A stretch of DNA of 64,000 bases from an uncultured Planctomycetia bacterium (GTDB lineage: Bacteria; Omnitrophota; Gorgyraeia; Tantalellales; Tantalellaceae), in the NCBI GenBank assembly GCA_964527765.1, contig CAZGQR010000010.1, positions 1,680-65,679 of the forward strand, written 5' to 3'. Each line of letters starts with the position of its first letter. Position 1 is the stretch's first letter. The position numbers were made by a program, and so were the translations under genes. Under the pieces are notes generated by a model, which was given only the letters and a program-made list of their open reading frames with translations, searched no databases and was not told the origin of the DNA. Positions 1-12,500 of the stretch are shown here, one piece after another.

Positions 1-3000
1 AAAGAGAACGGCATAGAAGCGGCAAGGACCTGCGACCGGGATGAGAGGGACAGGTTGGAAGTGCCCGTATACGGCAATGTCTATCTTCCTTATTACATGG
101 AGAAAGGGAAGTTCGGCATCTCTGATGAGGGCCCGATGGGAAAAGTCCGCGCCGTGTATGAGCACGGGGGCAACGGCATAGCGCTGGCAAGGACTGAATA
201 CATGTACACCAGGGAAACCCCGCCCAGTTTTGAAATGCAGAGGGAAATATACCTCGGCATAGCCGATCTGGCCGATAAAAAAGTAACCTTGAGGACCTTT
301 GACAAGAGGCATGACAAGCAGTGCATCGCCCTTGAAGACGTGAAGACGGCATATGGCTTCGATTATTACAGGACCGAACCCGGCAGAAAAGCGCTGAAGA
401 CCCAACTGAAGGCGATGCTTGTCGCGTACGCGCAGTCAAAATACAGGAATATCCGCGTGATGTTCCCGCTGGTGAAGACCGTGGACGATATGAAGTTCAT
501 GGGCGAAATATTGGAAGAGGTTAAGGGCGAGATCTTATCTGTAAGCGGGGAATACGGGGATATAGATAAAACAACCCTCGACAGCATGCCCGTAGGGATC
601 ATGGTGGAGAGTAAAGAGGCCGTTGAGAATCTTGATGAACTTCTGGATAATAGATACGCAAAGGTAAGCTTTGTAAGCATCGGCACCAATGATCTTATCT
701 CCAGCGTTAAAGGTGTGCCGAGGACCGAACTGACGGACCATCATTTCGACAAGGAGATAATGGAGATAATAGAGAAAGTCGTGAAGGCGGCCAGTGGAAG
801 AGGGCTTTCCGTGGGCATTTGCGGAGATATTGCCCGGCTGGATAAGACGCTCCTGTTCAGTATCTACCTGTATCGTAAGTACGGAACTCTTCTTACCCTG
901 GGAGTCCTGCCCGACCTGGTACCAAGACTCAAGACGGCGGTGGAATTCACGAAGGCCAGGAACTGTTCCGAGATGTTCGCGGACTGGGAAGCCGAAAAAG
1001 TGACGGATTCCGATATCGATAATGCCGTGATGAGCAAGGTGACGGCCAGGATCGACAGGATCAAAAAACACAGATATATAAAAGAAGAAGATAAAAGGCG
1101 TGAATATGAAAATATCTTTAACGATATGGTAGGCCGGGCGATGGGAATATCTGCCGGGGTAAAGCTCGCCATTCCGGAACTCATGAAAGAGTTCATCCAT
1201 GAAGATTGGAGCATGGATACTTCTATTGAAGTTGAACACTATCCCAAGGATGTAGGAACCCCGGGCACTGGCAGCCAGGACTACAGAAAAACCTACTCCG
1301 AAGAAAGAGTGCGGTCGGATGTTTTTACCATCATTACCGAGGAAGGCGGAAGCCGGAGATTTGAAGAAAACAGGGAAGACGGCAGATACGTGAAATTGAC
1401 CCTGGATAACGGCGGTGAACTGCAGATAGACCAGATCGCCGGTCGGGCCACGAAACTGAGAGAGACCTTTACCAGGAGGTTCAACGAGATAAATGATAAT
1501 GAACAGTTTAAGTCCTTTATCAGTAATAATATGCGCTTACTGGACAAACTGCAGATATTCCTCATTGAGGCGGAACCCGGCTCGAGGGAAGCATCACACC
1601 CGCATCTCTTGACATGCGTCGGCGGAGAATGGCAGATCGCTCTCTCCGGAGCGCGCGGAGGGAACTACCAGGCAGTTTATCTGACCAGGGCTTTCTTCGA
1701 GGATATGTCTCTGGAAGATGTGCTTACGGTTCTTTGCCACCAGATCGCCAGAGCGGCCCTTCTTTATCAGTTCAAGGTGCGCCATGTCGCCGACAGGGGG
1801 CTTCCTGAAAAGGACCATCCCAAGGGAGAAGATGCTCCGGCGCAGAGAATTTGCAGTAAACTGGCCAGATGGCTCGATAGCATGATACTGAAAGAGGTCG
1901 AGCAGGTTGCGCTTTCTGAAGAACCGAAACCGGTCACGGAGACCGCGGAAGATATGATAATGATCGGTATTCCCTCAGGTGTGTATAATGCGCTGAGCGA
2001 GAAAGAGATAGAGCGCATTGAAGCGGTCCCGGGTGCGCGCATATCGATCCTGGAAAGCACGCAAGAGGACGGCATGCTTGAGGAGCTGGAAGAGGCAAGA
2101 AAGAAGGGGCCCGCGGTGGCATCCGCACTGATAGACGTCAATGCCGGGACGGAGGATCTATCGGAAATTATTGAGGAATTTGTTAAAGAAGTTAACGATA
2201 AGATCTTTGTTCTCACGCATCCCGAAGTAAAAGGACTTACGCCCCAGACCGTGAAGCAGATAGAGAACCTGCCGGAGCTTCTCAGGGATATTTCCGATAA
2301 TATCCGCTGGACCAGGAGCATAAAATCGCTTGATCTGGCGTCTCTGAGCGTGTATCAGATGAGGGTACAGAGGTCGTATGAGATATTCTATACCAGGCCC
2401 GCCGAGGAGACCAGAAGGGTGAAGTACCTGAAAGATGCCTTAAAGGTAAAAGATGAACATTATCTGCTCCATTATGCCGACGGCGAAGCAGTGCTGTCGG
2501 ATAACAGGGCGAGTATCCTTCCGTGCGGCTTGGAAATAAGGCGCAGGCGCGAAGTGATGGGCGTAACAGACGAAAATGACGCGCAGCATGACAGGTTCCT
2601 GGTCATGGCCCCGAAAGGCGTCGTTACGGATGAAGAGAAAGAAGACTTCAGGAAAAAGCTCATGGAGCGCTGGATGCTCGAGGGAGTGGTGAGCAGCGGT
2701 GATGTGGTAATACTTGACAGGAAAGATGAAGGATATACCACGAGTGAACTCTTCGAGATGGTCCGCTCCGTAAGGCCTGAATCGGTTACCGTCGCGAATA
2801 CCGGTTTCAGGTGCCTGGCAGGAGAGCTTGAGTATGATGATAGTGCCGCCGCAGAGAAAGTCCTGCAGGTAGAGCTTGACCCGAACGCGGCAAACAACAT
2901 AAACCAGTATGAGGTTTTTGTGAACCTCCTGCTCTCGAAAGATAAGGAGAGCCTGGTGAATATACCCGGCCTTACCAGTGACAAGGGAAGATTATTCATC

Positions 3001-3087
3001 TACCTTCCGCAGGCAAAGGCCATAGATCTTGAGGCAGAACTGCGCAACTATGAGAGATATATCAGCGAAGTGCTGGTGAGAGCGTAA
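1..3087 (+). CDS. C-terminal part (>=1,028 aa, 5'-truncated by the window edge) of a giant multidomain protein. It has a PEP-utilizing-enzyme C-terminal TIM-barrel domain near the window start and a C-terminal module paralogous to the C-terminus of the 9,895-aa protein.
   Basis: Frame 1 is open from nt 1, so the 55..3087 ORF in the track is 5'-incomplete. 'GIALARTEYMY...VTLRTFDKRHDK', 'IRVMFPLVKTVDDMKFMGEILEEV' and 'VSFVSIGTNDLISSV' match the Enzyme I / PPDK / PEP synthase PEP-utilizers_C signature (GVGLFRTEFLF ... FFSIGTNDLTQ). The last ~390 aa align with ORF 3577..33264 residues ~9,500-9,895 (YLLHYADGEAVL / YYLVHYADGRQI; NTGFRCLAGELEYDD / NTGFRCLTDGLEYDE; QYEVFVNLLLS / QYEIFVNLLIS). Confidence 0.85.
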   Translation, partial: KENGIEAARTCDRDERDRLEVPVYGNVYLPYYMEKGKFGISDEGPMGKVRAVYEHGGNGIALARTEYMYTRETPPSFEMQREIYLGIADLADKKVTLRTFDKRHDKQCIALEDVKTAYGFDYYRTEPGRKALKTQLKAMLVAYAQSKYRNIRVMFPLVKTVDDMKFMGEILEEVKGEILSVSGEYGDIDKTTLDSMPVGIMVESKEAVENLDELLDNRYAKVSFVSIGTNDLISSVKGVPRTELTDHHFDKEIMEIIEKVVKAASGRGLSVGICGDIARLDKTLLFSIYLYRKYGTLLTLGVLPDLVPRLKTAVEFTKARNCSEMFADWEAEKVTDSDIDNAVMSKVTARIDRIKKHRYIKEEDKRREYENIFNDMVGRAMGISAGVKLAIPELMKEFIHEDWSMDTSIEVEHYPKDVGTPGTGSQDYRKTYSEERVRSDVFTIITEEGGSRRFEENREDGRYVKLTLDNGGELQIDQIAGRATKLRETFTRRFNEINDNEQFKSFISNNMRLLDKLQIFLIEAEPGSREASHPHLLTCVGGEWQIALSGARGGNYQAVYLTRAFFEDMSLEDVLTVLCHQIARAALLYQFKVRHVADRGLPEKDHPKGEDAPAQRICSKLARWLDSMILKEVEQVALSEEPKPVTETAEDMIMIGIPSGVYNALSEKEIERIEAVPGARISILESTQEDGMLEELEEARKKGPAVASALIDVNAGTEDLSEIIEEFVKEVNDKIFVLTHPEVKGLTPQTVKQIENLPELLRDISDNIRWTRSIKSLDLASLSVYQMRVQRSYEIFYTRPAEETRRVKYLKDALKVKDEHYLLHYADGEAVLSDNRASILPCGLEIRRRREVMGVTDENDAQHDRFLVMAPKGVVTDEEKEDFRKKLMERWMLEGVVSSGDVVILDRKDEGYTTSELFEMVRSVRPESVTVANTGFRCLAGELEYDDSAAAEKVLQVELDPNAANNINQYEVFVNLLLSKDKESLVNIPGLTSDKGRLFIYLPQAKAIDLEAELRNYERYISEVLVRA
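60..720 (+). other. PEP-utilizing enzyme (PEP-utilizers_C-like) TIM-barrel domain inside the truncated giant ORF
   Basis: Motifs RTEYMY, VMFPLV...V(D)DMKF and SIGTNDL are in the canonical order and spacing of Enzyme I / pyruvate phosphate dikinase C-terminal domains. Confidence 0.7.
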
Positions 3088-3164
3088 GATAGGAAAGGAG
3101 AACAAGCAGATTTAAAGGGTGCTTAACCCAAAAGAGATACAAAACCTTCCTGTATCTCTTAAAA

Positions 3165-3214
3165 ATGTCCTCGCTTTGGGTCCTCCAAGCAGCCCGGGGC
3201 GAGGGCATTTTTTT
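3165..3214 (+). terminator. Putative intrinsic terminator after the truncated giant ORF
   Basis: Stem CCTCGC(3169-3174)/GCGAGG(3199-3204) followed by T-run 3208-3214. An upstream perfect 9-bp hairpin AGAGATACA/TGTATCTCT lies at 3133-3159. The loop is long, so this is only moderate. Confidence 0.4.
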
Positions 3215-3408
3215 AACTATCTCCTTTGTTTATAAGTAGTTATCTAATATTTTTCATATTTACCAATATTTAACCAGATTACCCAGATATTAAGAGTTTA
3301 AAAACCATAAAATTTATCCGATTTTCTTAAAAAAATAGCAGAAAATATACGATTTTAATAGAAAAAAAGCATGTATGTTAAGTTATAAAAAATTTAGAAA
3401 ACCCACAA

Positions 3409-3439
3409 TTGACATTCTCCCCATGTATGTTATTATAAT
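3409..3439 (+). promoter_or_regulatory. Sigma70-like promoter candidate for the 29.7-kb gene, inside a 489-nt strongly AT-rich leader
   Basis: TTGACA at 3409-3414 and TATAAT at 3434-3439 with a 19-nt spacer, which is slightly long. An 11-mer CATGTATGTTA is directly repeated at 3370-3380 and 3422-3432, flanking the -35. Confidence 0.4.
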
Positions 3440-3576
3440 TATACTTAATAAATAAAACAAAAAGCCAGACACTATTATGTTTTATAGACCCGAAGGCGGA
3501 TCAGCATAAAACAGGCAGGGATTTTTGTTATCCGGGCAATTTTAATTATTTAATAAGTAGCATATCTGAAGGACAT

Positions 3577-6500
3577 ATGAGTAGAAATAAAGCATTCATA
3601 AAAATTGTTTCGTTGGTCGTAGCAGGCATATTCCTCCATCAGCAGGTCCTGTGGGCTGCGGGCGACACGGCAGGTCTCACCAGGACCGTATCCGGTAAGC
3701 ATGAGATCCCGTATGCCGATACCCGCGAGGACGTCCGTATTTCCGATGGGCTTGCCCAGCTGGACGGCACATACACGGGTGAGGCAAAAGACGTTATTAT
3801 CAATATCCAGGACTGCCATTCCTCGCTTTCCGCGCAATATTCGATCGTGGATATCCTGAGAAACCTTCTTCAGGATTATGACATGAAGGTCATTGCCATT
3901 GAAGGGGGATCGGGATATCTGGACACTTCTTTGCTTAAAACTTTCCCGGACAAGAGCATCAAGAAAAAAACCGCTGCTTACCTGATGAAAGAAGGGAAGA
4001 TATCGGCCGGGGAATTCTTTTCCGTGACCACGGATGAGGATATTGCCCTGTACGGCGTTGAGGACAACGCCCTTTACCGGGAGAATCTTGAGATCTTCAG
4101 GGATATTCACGCAAGAAACCATGACAATATCGCCGTACTTGATGTTATTCTGGGCGATCTCAAGGATACCGAAAGCAGAGTATATTCGCAGGAATTGAAC
4201 CGCATGGTGTACAAATCCCGGCTTCACCGTGAAAGCAAGATAAGCTTTGATGTCTATTGGGATTTCCTGGAGAAGATATGCGACCGGACAGGTATTTCTA
4301 CCGACGAATATGCAAGCATCGGGAATTTCAAGGATTCGGTTCACCTGGAAAAGAGCATCGATTTCGGCGAAGCTACCTCGGAAAGAAAAAAACTGATCAA
4401 TGAATTGATGGAAAGCGCGACGAAGGAAGACATGGAAGAGGTGGTCACCAGATCGCTCTCCTTCGAAAAAGGCAAGATCGACCAGTCGGAGTATCACAGC
4501 TGGCTCCTGAGGTTTGCCTTGAGAAGAGGCATGGAAACGGGCGGGTTTCCGGAGCTTTGCAAATTCGCTGCTTATGCCGAGAGTTATCGAAAACTTGATA
4601 TCATAGGCCTGCAGAACGATATTAATGAGCTTGAGGGTAAAGTTCTCGAAAAACTTTTTTCTTCCCGGGAAGAGAGACAGCTCTACAGGCTCGTCAGGAT
4701 GACAGAGCTCCTGAAATCCCTGTTCGAGATAAAACTGACCGGCGAAGACATATCCTATCTGACGGCGAACATTGATGCCATAGACGCGGATGAGTATATC
4801 CGTTTTGCCGGAAGCGGGGAAGATGATACTTTGAATGACGCTGTTTGCCGCGCCCGCAAAAGCATGAAAGAGATCATTTTCGAGGCGAAAAGGGCCCTGA
4901 GGTTCTATGATCTGGCCGAGGAACGCAACCACGCGATGATAGCAAATACCGTTTCCGCGATGAGACGGGAAGATAAACACATTGCCGCCCTCATATCAGG
5001 CGGACATCATTCCGGAGGCCTTACGCGTATCATGAAAGAAAAAGGCCTCTCTTACCTTGTTCTCATGCCGAAGTTTTTCAATGACCGGTCCCGCCCCTAC
5101 GTGGCAGTCCTTACAAGAAAGTCAGGTCCCTACAGGAGGCTTGTTTCTTCGGGTGCTTACGACCTGGCCCTGGAAGCTTATTTTGACACGGGTGATCTCG
5201 GTAAGTTCAAAACAATGATGGCTTTTGCCGTCGGCCAGGCGGCCCTGGAGGGAAAAGATGTCCCGTCCGAGATAAAAAGCTGGATCGACTCTTACAGAAT
5301 GTGTTATGACAGTCTCTCGGCGGCAAGACGCGCGGCTATGGACTCGGAACCGGTAAGCCCCGAGGATCTGAAACAGCGCCTGCAACAGATCAGGGTGGTT
5401 GCTGAGGACGGACAGTCATGCAAGGTCCTGATAGGCGGCAGCGCTTACCGCGTGACCCCCGAGGGCGCAGAGGCAATATCCTCGGAAGAAACAGGTCCAG
5501 GCCTGCGCGGCGCGATGTTATCCGCTATCCAGCGTATATTTCTTCTGAAGGAAGGAATGGCAAAAAAGGCGTTGGGTCAAAAAAACGAGCCGCCCGATCT
5601 TACGGCCGGCCCTGATGCCATGAATCTGGGTTCGATCAATTCTTATGACAAGAAAACCCACAGGGACCTGCGCACCCGCCTGGAATACTCAAAGCAGGTT
5701 CAGATATGGGGCACGGGGATAAAAGATATAAGGTTCAGCAGGAAATACAGGTCAAAACTGATGAAAATAGATCCCAATCTGCCCAACGATCTTCACATCA
5801 TACTCATGGAGCATAAAAGAGCTCCCCCGGGTTCGGTAGAGGAAAGATTTCTTTTCTTTGATCCCAGGACAAAAAGATGGGTATTCTCCCATTCAGGCAC
5901 CAGGAGCCGGACCGGCAAGTTCGCCTATCTAACCAGGAAAGCCTTTGATGACCTGTATCAGACCGATAAGGGCAGGAAATTCCTGAAAAAATTAATGTGG
6001 AACGAGTACAGGCAGGCCACGGCAAAGCTGGAAGGCAGATGGACTGAAGATTATGACAAAGAGAAGACCTCTTCCCTGCGCGCTTTTGTAGAGGAATATC
6101 TTCGCGGTGTTGCACTTCAGACGGCAAAACCATCCGAACATCCTCAGGTGATCGTATCCGCTGATCCGAATAGATCCTTAAGAGAACATGTTTCAGAACT
6201 GCTTAACGTTGAGTCCGCAGAGATCCCGACCGGCAGGTTTCCGGACGGGGAGATAAAAGTGGTGGTAAAGGATCCGGAAGAGATAAAAGACAAAAACTGC
6301 ATGGTCGTGCAGGATATCAACAGCGACGAGGATTTCGTGAGTCTTCTGCTGATCATAGCGGGACTGAGGGACGCGGGAGCGAAAAAAGTCTCCTGCGTGC
6401 TGCCCGAGAAAATGCTGGAAAACAGTATTCTCCTGGATACGGTTTCATCGTTCGTGGATATTTACACCGCTGACAATTTCAAGTATCCTGCCTCATTCAC

Positions 6501-9500
6501 TCCGTACAGGCCGGAGAGGCCGGAGCCGGCCGGGCGCAGGAAGGCAAAAAAGAGCGAAAAAACCTATCTTCTTTTCACGAGAGACTACCGGAAACTCAAG
6601 CAGAAAGTTGCCGGCGGGCTGGTGAAAGCCGGGACCAAGCGCGACATGGAGATCAGCCACGTGAAGGCAAAAACGCTCGAAGAAGGCAGGGCCTCGGTCA
6701 GGATATCCCGGGATACGGAAGGCAAAAACTGCCTCCTGATACATAACACCAGGACCGCCAAGGGGCTGGTGGAATTGCTGATCATCCTGGAAAAGCTGAA
6801 AAGACAGGGCGCGGGCGAAATAGAGTGCCTTATATATTTCCTGGGATATGACCGCCAGCACGAGAATTATAACGTGAAAGAACACGGAGAGAACGCTTTC
6901 AGCGCGAACAGCGCCAAGTTTATCCTGGAGCTCATAAATCAGTACTGCGAGAGGATCTATACCGTAAACACCCATTTTATAAAAGAACCGAGCAGAGAAC
7001 CATACGGTTTTCCGGGGATCGAGGGCCTTGAGATAGTCAACTTGAGCGCTTTCGAGCATCTGGCCAGGTACTACAAGGAAAAGTACGGCCTTGAAAAGGC
7101 GGAACTTATCGGAGGCGATGACGGGGTTGCCGCTTTTCTCAAACCGGTAGCAGAAAAAATGGGCTGGGGGCTGCATTACCCCATAAAGAAAAGGATCTCC
7201 GTTGAAGAAGTCAGGTTCTCGATACCGGACGAATGGAAGCTTCCCGAGAACGGTGGCAAGGGAGCGTTGAAGGGGAAGGACGTGGTTCTTCTTGATGATG
7301 TGGTCGCCGGCGGCTCGACGCTGGTCAAGCTTGCCATCAAGCTCAAGAACGATTTCGGGGTGAAAAGAGTATTCGCGGGGACCGTGCACGGGAAACAGTC
7401 CAACAAGAAGCTGGCTTACTTTAGATCGCTGAAAGATGACCTGGGCCGCCCCGTGTTCGATGATATCATCGCGACGGATACGGTCGTATCCCCGACCAGC
7501 AAGGTCTCCATAGCCGAACTGATCGTTGAATTTCTGGAAGAAAGCCGCGGGATCGAGGAAACCGGACGCGGGGAAGACACCCGGCTGTTTTCTTTTCTGC
7601 CCCTGGCATTCCTGCCTTTTGCGCCGCTGGTACCGGGATTGGGCATCTTTACGCTCATGGCCACGGTCTTGCTTGCTGTTCTCTTTGCCGGAAAAAGCGA
7701 AAGAGTCGACATGTCCCCGGAAGATGCAGCATTACTCGGAGAGATAAGCAAAGAACTGGACAGATGCAGGGACAGCAGATTTGAGCGCACGCTGAACGTG
7801 CAAACTTACAACAAGGTAAAGTACCTTTCCTCCAAAGTCACGGGAGCAGATGACATTCTGCAAAGATTCGAGCGTTATTTTATCCTGACATCGCTTGTAT
7901 GCGCCCTGGATCCCGAAAAGATCCTTCTTACCCCTTTAAAGGAACACAGGGAATTTGTTGCCCTGTTCGTTATGGGATTCAACAAGGGAGAAAAAGAACC
8001 CTATTTTATTACCGCTCCTACCGATTTCAGCGCGGAAGTATGCCATACGGATCTCAAATGGGACAGGGAAATGAGCGTGCTCGGCCTTGTCCACTTCCCG
8101 AGGATGCCGATACCTGATTCCGCCGTTCCCGGAGATTACGTGGTTTTTTCGGGAGAGGAACTGCTGGGCAAAGTAAGCAGCACGAACAGTTATCTGCGCG
8201 GAACTCTGGCAAAAGGTGTTTTGTCGCGGGAAGGCTTCCTGCGGCTGGATCCCCCGGCGAATGAAGAAGAATTCCTGATGAGGAAGCTGGGCGATGCATA
8301 TTCGGATTCCGCACCGGAAAAAACCTATCATGAGCTTCTTATGGGAGAATATGTCAGCACGGTCGCTTTCCTGCTGGGGGAAAGCCAGGAGGAAGGCATC
8401 AATCCGGACAAGAAATTCTTTCTTTTTGATCCGGTAAAGGATATTTTCAGGGATAACGGGATACCTTTGCCCAAGGAGCTGACACTGGGCAGTTTCATGG
8501 AAGCGGTCAAGGGAAAGAAATTTAAATATATCAGGACCGAAGGCCTGCCCCGATATGCATTTTCACCCGGTAACATAAAAACCAAGATCAAAAGCAGGAG
8601 GGATGTTTGCGTTTCCGCCGCAAAGATGATAGCTGAGGAGATCAGAAAAAAGCCGGGTCTTGTGCTTGCCTTGCCGGCGGGCCGCACCCCCGGGGAACTT
8701 TATGAAGAACTGGTAAGGCTGCACGGGGAAGGATTGGACTTTTCGAACGTGAAGATCTTTAATCTGGATGAGTACGCGGGTCTGGGCAGTGAAGACAAGG
8801 GCAGTTTTTACCAGTACATGTGGGAAAAATTTTTGAGCAAGGTGAACGTCAGGGAAGAAAATGTAAGATTATTCAACGGGAAGGCCGAAGATCTTGAAGC
8901 CGAGTGCAAGTCCATGGAAGAGGATATTGAAAATGCCGGCGGTATTGATATCTGTCTTCTGGGCATCGGTGAGAACGGTCATATCGCCTTTAATGAGCCG
9001 GGGTCCAGTTTCTCGTCCGGGACAAGGGTCGTGGAGCTTCATCCTTCCACCGTGGAAAAAAGCAGATGCAAGGCGGGCAAAGCTCTTACCCTGGGCCTGG
9101 ACAACATAATGTCCAGCAGGAAGATAATACTGATGGCCTGGGGGACGTTCAAAACATCGGCGGTCAAAGGTGTATTTTATGGCCCCGCCTCCGAGAGCGT
9201 ACCGGCATCGGTATTAAAACAGCATCGGGATGTCACGTTTTTTCTGGACAAAGAAGCCGCTTTTTCAATAAAAAAAGAAGACCGGAAGAAGTTATCGGGC
9301 CTGAGCCCTCCAGCGGCCGATCAAACCGTTCCGTCCAAGGAGTCACCCGAAGACCGCGGAGACACTTTCCCTAAAAACATTTATTCTTTTCTTCCCCTCG
9401 CGCTTTTGCCGTTCGTGCCGGTTGTGCCGGGCCTGAGCATTTTTATGCTGGCCGGTATGATCCTGTTTGCCTTTTTCGCTTTCTCCGGAACGAGCCCGAA

Positions 9501-12500
9501 AGAAAATAAGGAAAATGTCCTGGTCGAATTCAAATGCAGCAAGGCATATAAAGGCGACGGTGAGGGCGGTATCATTTACGGGGAACGCCGGATAAGCAAG
9601 ACGCTCGATCGCCTGCTGAGCCCAAAAGAGCGTTCTATCTTTGACGGAATTGTAACGGATCTTCTGTATAATCCGAATATTGAGCGGATCGTGCTGAAAG
9701 AGAATGCCGGTTTCATTGCCGACCTGCAAAAAAATGAAAACGGATGGATCATGGAAATCGACAGGTCCGCCCTTCAGCATCCTCTCCTGGCGCAGTATTC
9801 GCGGGAACACGAGGAATACCTTTCTCATATTGACATAGATGCGGACGAAAGTCTGATCACCGAGATATACGGCCAAAGCTACACGCAGGAACAGAAGAAG
9901 ACGCTGGAGACATTGATGCGGGAGACCATGGCCTGGCTGTTTTCGCTTACCAGGCAGAGCAAGGATCCGGATTACCTGGCCTACCTGAAAGGGTCCTCTC
10001 ATCCCGCTCTTGAGGATTACGCGGAGCTGTTGGAGAAAGCCGGGGCAGTCAATGTCAGGGAGGAAAAAAGCGGAAGAACAGTAAGGCTGGTACTGGATCA
10101 TATTCTCGGCGCTTCCGGGAAAGATAATGTAAAAAAACTCTGCGCACACCTGAGGTCCGACGAGGATAACCTGAAACTTTTCTGCACCGTCATGCGGGAC
10201 GTCTTTAACGCCACGGAGTTCAATATCGCTTTATGCATGAATATGCCGCATTACAACGAGATAAGGGAAAAGGTCTATGAAAGCGGGACCGCGGAATTTA
10301 AAGCCATCCCGCTTTTAAAAGTGAGCGACACTCGAAGTAAGCCCGCCGACGAAATAATAGCCGGGCTTTTACTGCTTTTGCCGGAACTGAAAGATGACAG
10401 CATTTTCCCGGTCGTGCAGCAGGCCATGAACCTGATGAATCCTGATTGCCGGGAGTTTATCAGAGAACTGCTCACGCAGGCAAAAACGGTGAGACGTCTT
10501 GCGGCGGGTAAGGGCCCGGCGTACAGGAAGGCGTGCTGCCGGATGCGCTGGTACACGGAGACATTTCTCAGGCTCACACTGATCGTTTTGAGCCGCACCT
10601 ACAAAGACAGGCAAAAACGCGAAGACTCGCTTAAGAACCTTTTTGAGCTGAAAGTAGCCGTGGAAAAAGTGCTTGAAGACGAGAGACTGCCGGGTGAAGA
10701 GGAAGTAACGCTTGAAAAAGAAGATATGGACGTGCTTCGCAACCTTCTTCTGATCCTTGATTTGCAGGCGGGGTGCCTGTATCTTACCCTGAACGAACCG
10801 GAGAAGGCGATCGCGGTCATGGAACCATGTTTGAAAGAAGAACTGGCGGCACCGGACAGACATTCATTCATGGTGTTTATCGCCAAAGGTTATGCCGCGC
10901 TGGAGGATTTTGAGAAGGCGATCGACTACTGCAAGGGCGCGCTGGATATTTATGAGGAGATATCGAATGAAGAAGCCAAAGACCTGTACATGGAAATAGG
11001 CACGTATTACATGGAACAGGAAAAGTTTAATGAGGCAAAAAAGGCCCTTTTAAAAGCGCTGGAACTTGCCGGCGAGTCAGGTGAAATCATTTTTCACGAA
11101 CCGAAGCATTTTACCGGGAAGGACAATTATACCAGGACCACCCTGGGAACGATCTATAATCTTCTGGCTTCCTGTTTCACGCATGAAAACAAAGGTGCCG
11201 AGAGCATGCATTATATCAATAAGGCGGTTTGTTATGCTCCGGGTGAACCCGTACACAGCCGGACATTCCTGCGATTCCTTCTTTTTTACAGTGAGGTCGA
11301 CAGCGTCATGGAAGGCCTGATCAGCCAGGTCAAGCACCACCTGAAGATCGCCCCGAAAGACAGCGCTTTGTACGATATGGTTTTGAGGGGATGCCAAGGT
11401 AAACCTTCGATCTTACGGTCCGTACTGGAAATATTGCTTAATGATGAGACGGTAAGACGCGCGGATGCCCGTCCTTACGTGGTCCAGGAGAAGTTGTCCG
11501 ATGCATTTCACGGACTTTATGGCAACGGAGAAGATAAAAAATACAGGACAGAAGCGATCGGTGTCATCCGCCGCATACTGAGGACCAACAGGAAAAAGAC
11601 CGTTCAGAAAAACGCCAATGCGCTGCTGGAACGGCTTGGCGTGGGCCCCGGGGTCTATGTTTTTATTGATGCGGCCGGGAAGATCCCGTCTTTAATAAGA
11701 AAAGATTCACCCAGGAAGAAATTCCGCCCCCAGAAAGAGGTGGCTCCGCTCGTGGATATGCTTGACAAGATCGTCCCCGAGGATCTGGGGCTTCAGGAAC
11801 GCCGGGACATAATAACGTGCCTCGAGAAGATCATTAATAACGAAAGTCTCAGGAAACGGTCGGAAAGTAAAGAATATTGGGGAGAGCTGCTGAAAAGAGC
11901 GGAAACAAGGATCACGGATATGCTCGAAGGAATAGATACCCGGGATCTGAGCGCCAAGGCATGCCGGGATATGTCAGATTTCCTCGAGGATATCGTCAAT
12001 AACGAAAAGACGCAGGAACTGGTAGAAAAGTCGGGTAACAAGCATTTGGAAACGTTTTTGTACGCCGCAAGGACGAAATTAAAGGAATTCGGATTTCAAG
12101 GGCACGTTGCCGAGTATGCCCAGCGCTGGCCCGGCATTCCCCGTGAAATCGTTTCTTTGGTTTTAAACGGGGTTCTGATCAGAGAGGCCACGCTTACCTC
12201 GAAATGGGCGAGGAAGCTTATCAGAAAAGAATTGACCGCCGGGGCCTTGAAGATCAAGCTTGGGCGGCTGGAAAACGTTCTGAGGGAGCTTAATGGCCGG
12301 ACATCCAGCGAGATATCCTCCCTTGTCGCGTCGGATCCGGACAGGGTCAGAAACGGACAGGAACTGGACGAAAAAGTGATCGATGCTTTATTTGTTGCGT
12401 TTAAGCGGTTTCTTGAGGAAAAGGGCCGAAGGTGGATCCCCGAGACGGGCGCATGGAAGGATACCGATTCGGTCAAGAGCATAGTTAAACGATATCTGTT

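Noticed and set aside
3550-4980. Long antisense ORFs inside the giant genes on the minus strand (3550-4980, 476 aa; 6493-7389; 9343-10149; 26464-27813, 449 aa; 34718-35854, 378 aa; 36779-37540; 38696-39583)
   Set aside because: The plus-strand frame is continuous for 29.7 kb and 8.4 kb and carries collinear, recognisable enzyme motifs. The antisense translations are low-complexity, rich in R/P/F/G runs, and lack motifs or RBS. Long shadow ORFs are expected opposite codon-biased coding DNA.
3760-5070. Possible assignment of the shared N-terminal module to the TraB/Tiki/GumN or erythromycin-esterase-like metallo-hydrolase superfamily
   Set aside because: Only loose resemblance, with His-containing motifs near both ends of the module. 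The diagnostic GTxH / GxGHxxG motifs are not matched convincingly, so it is left as unknown.
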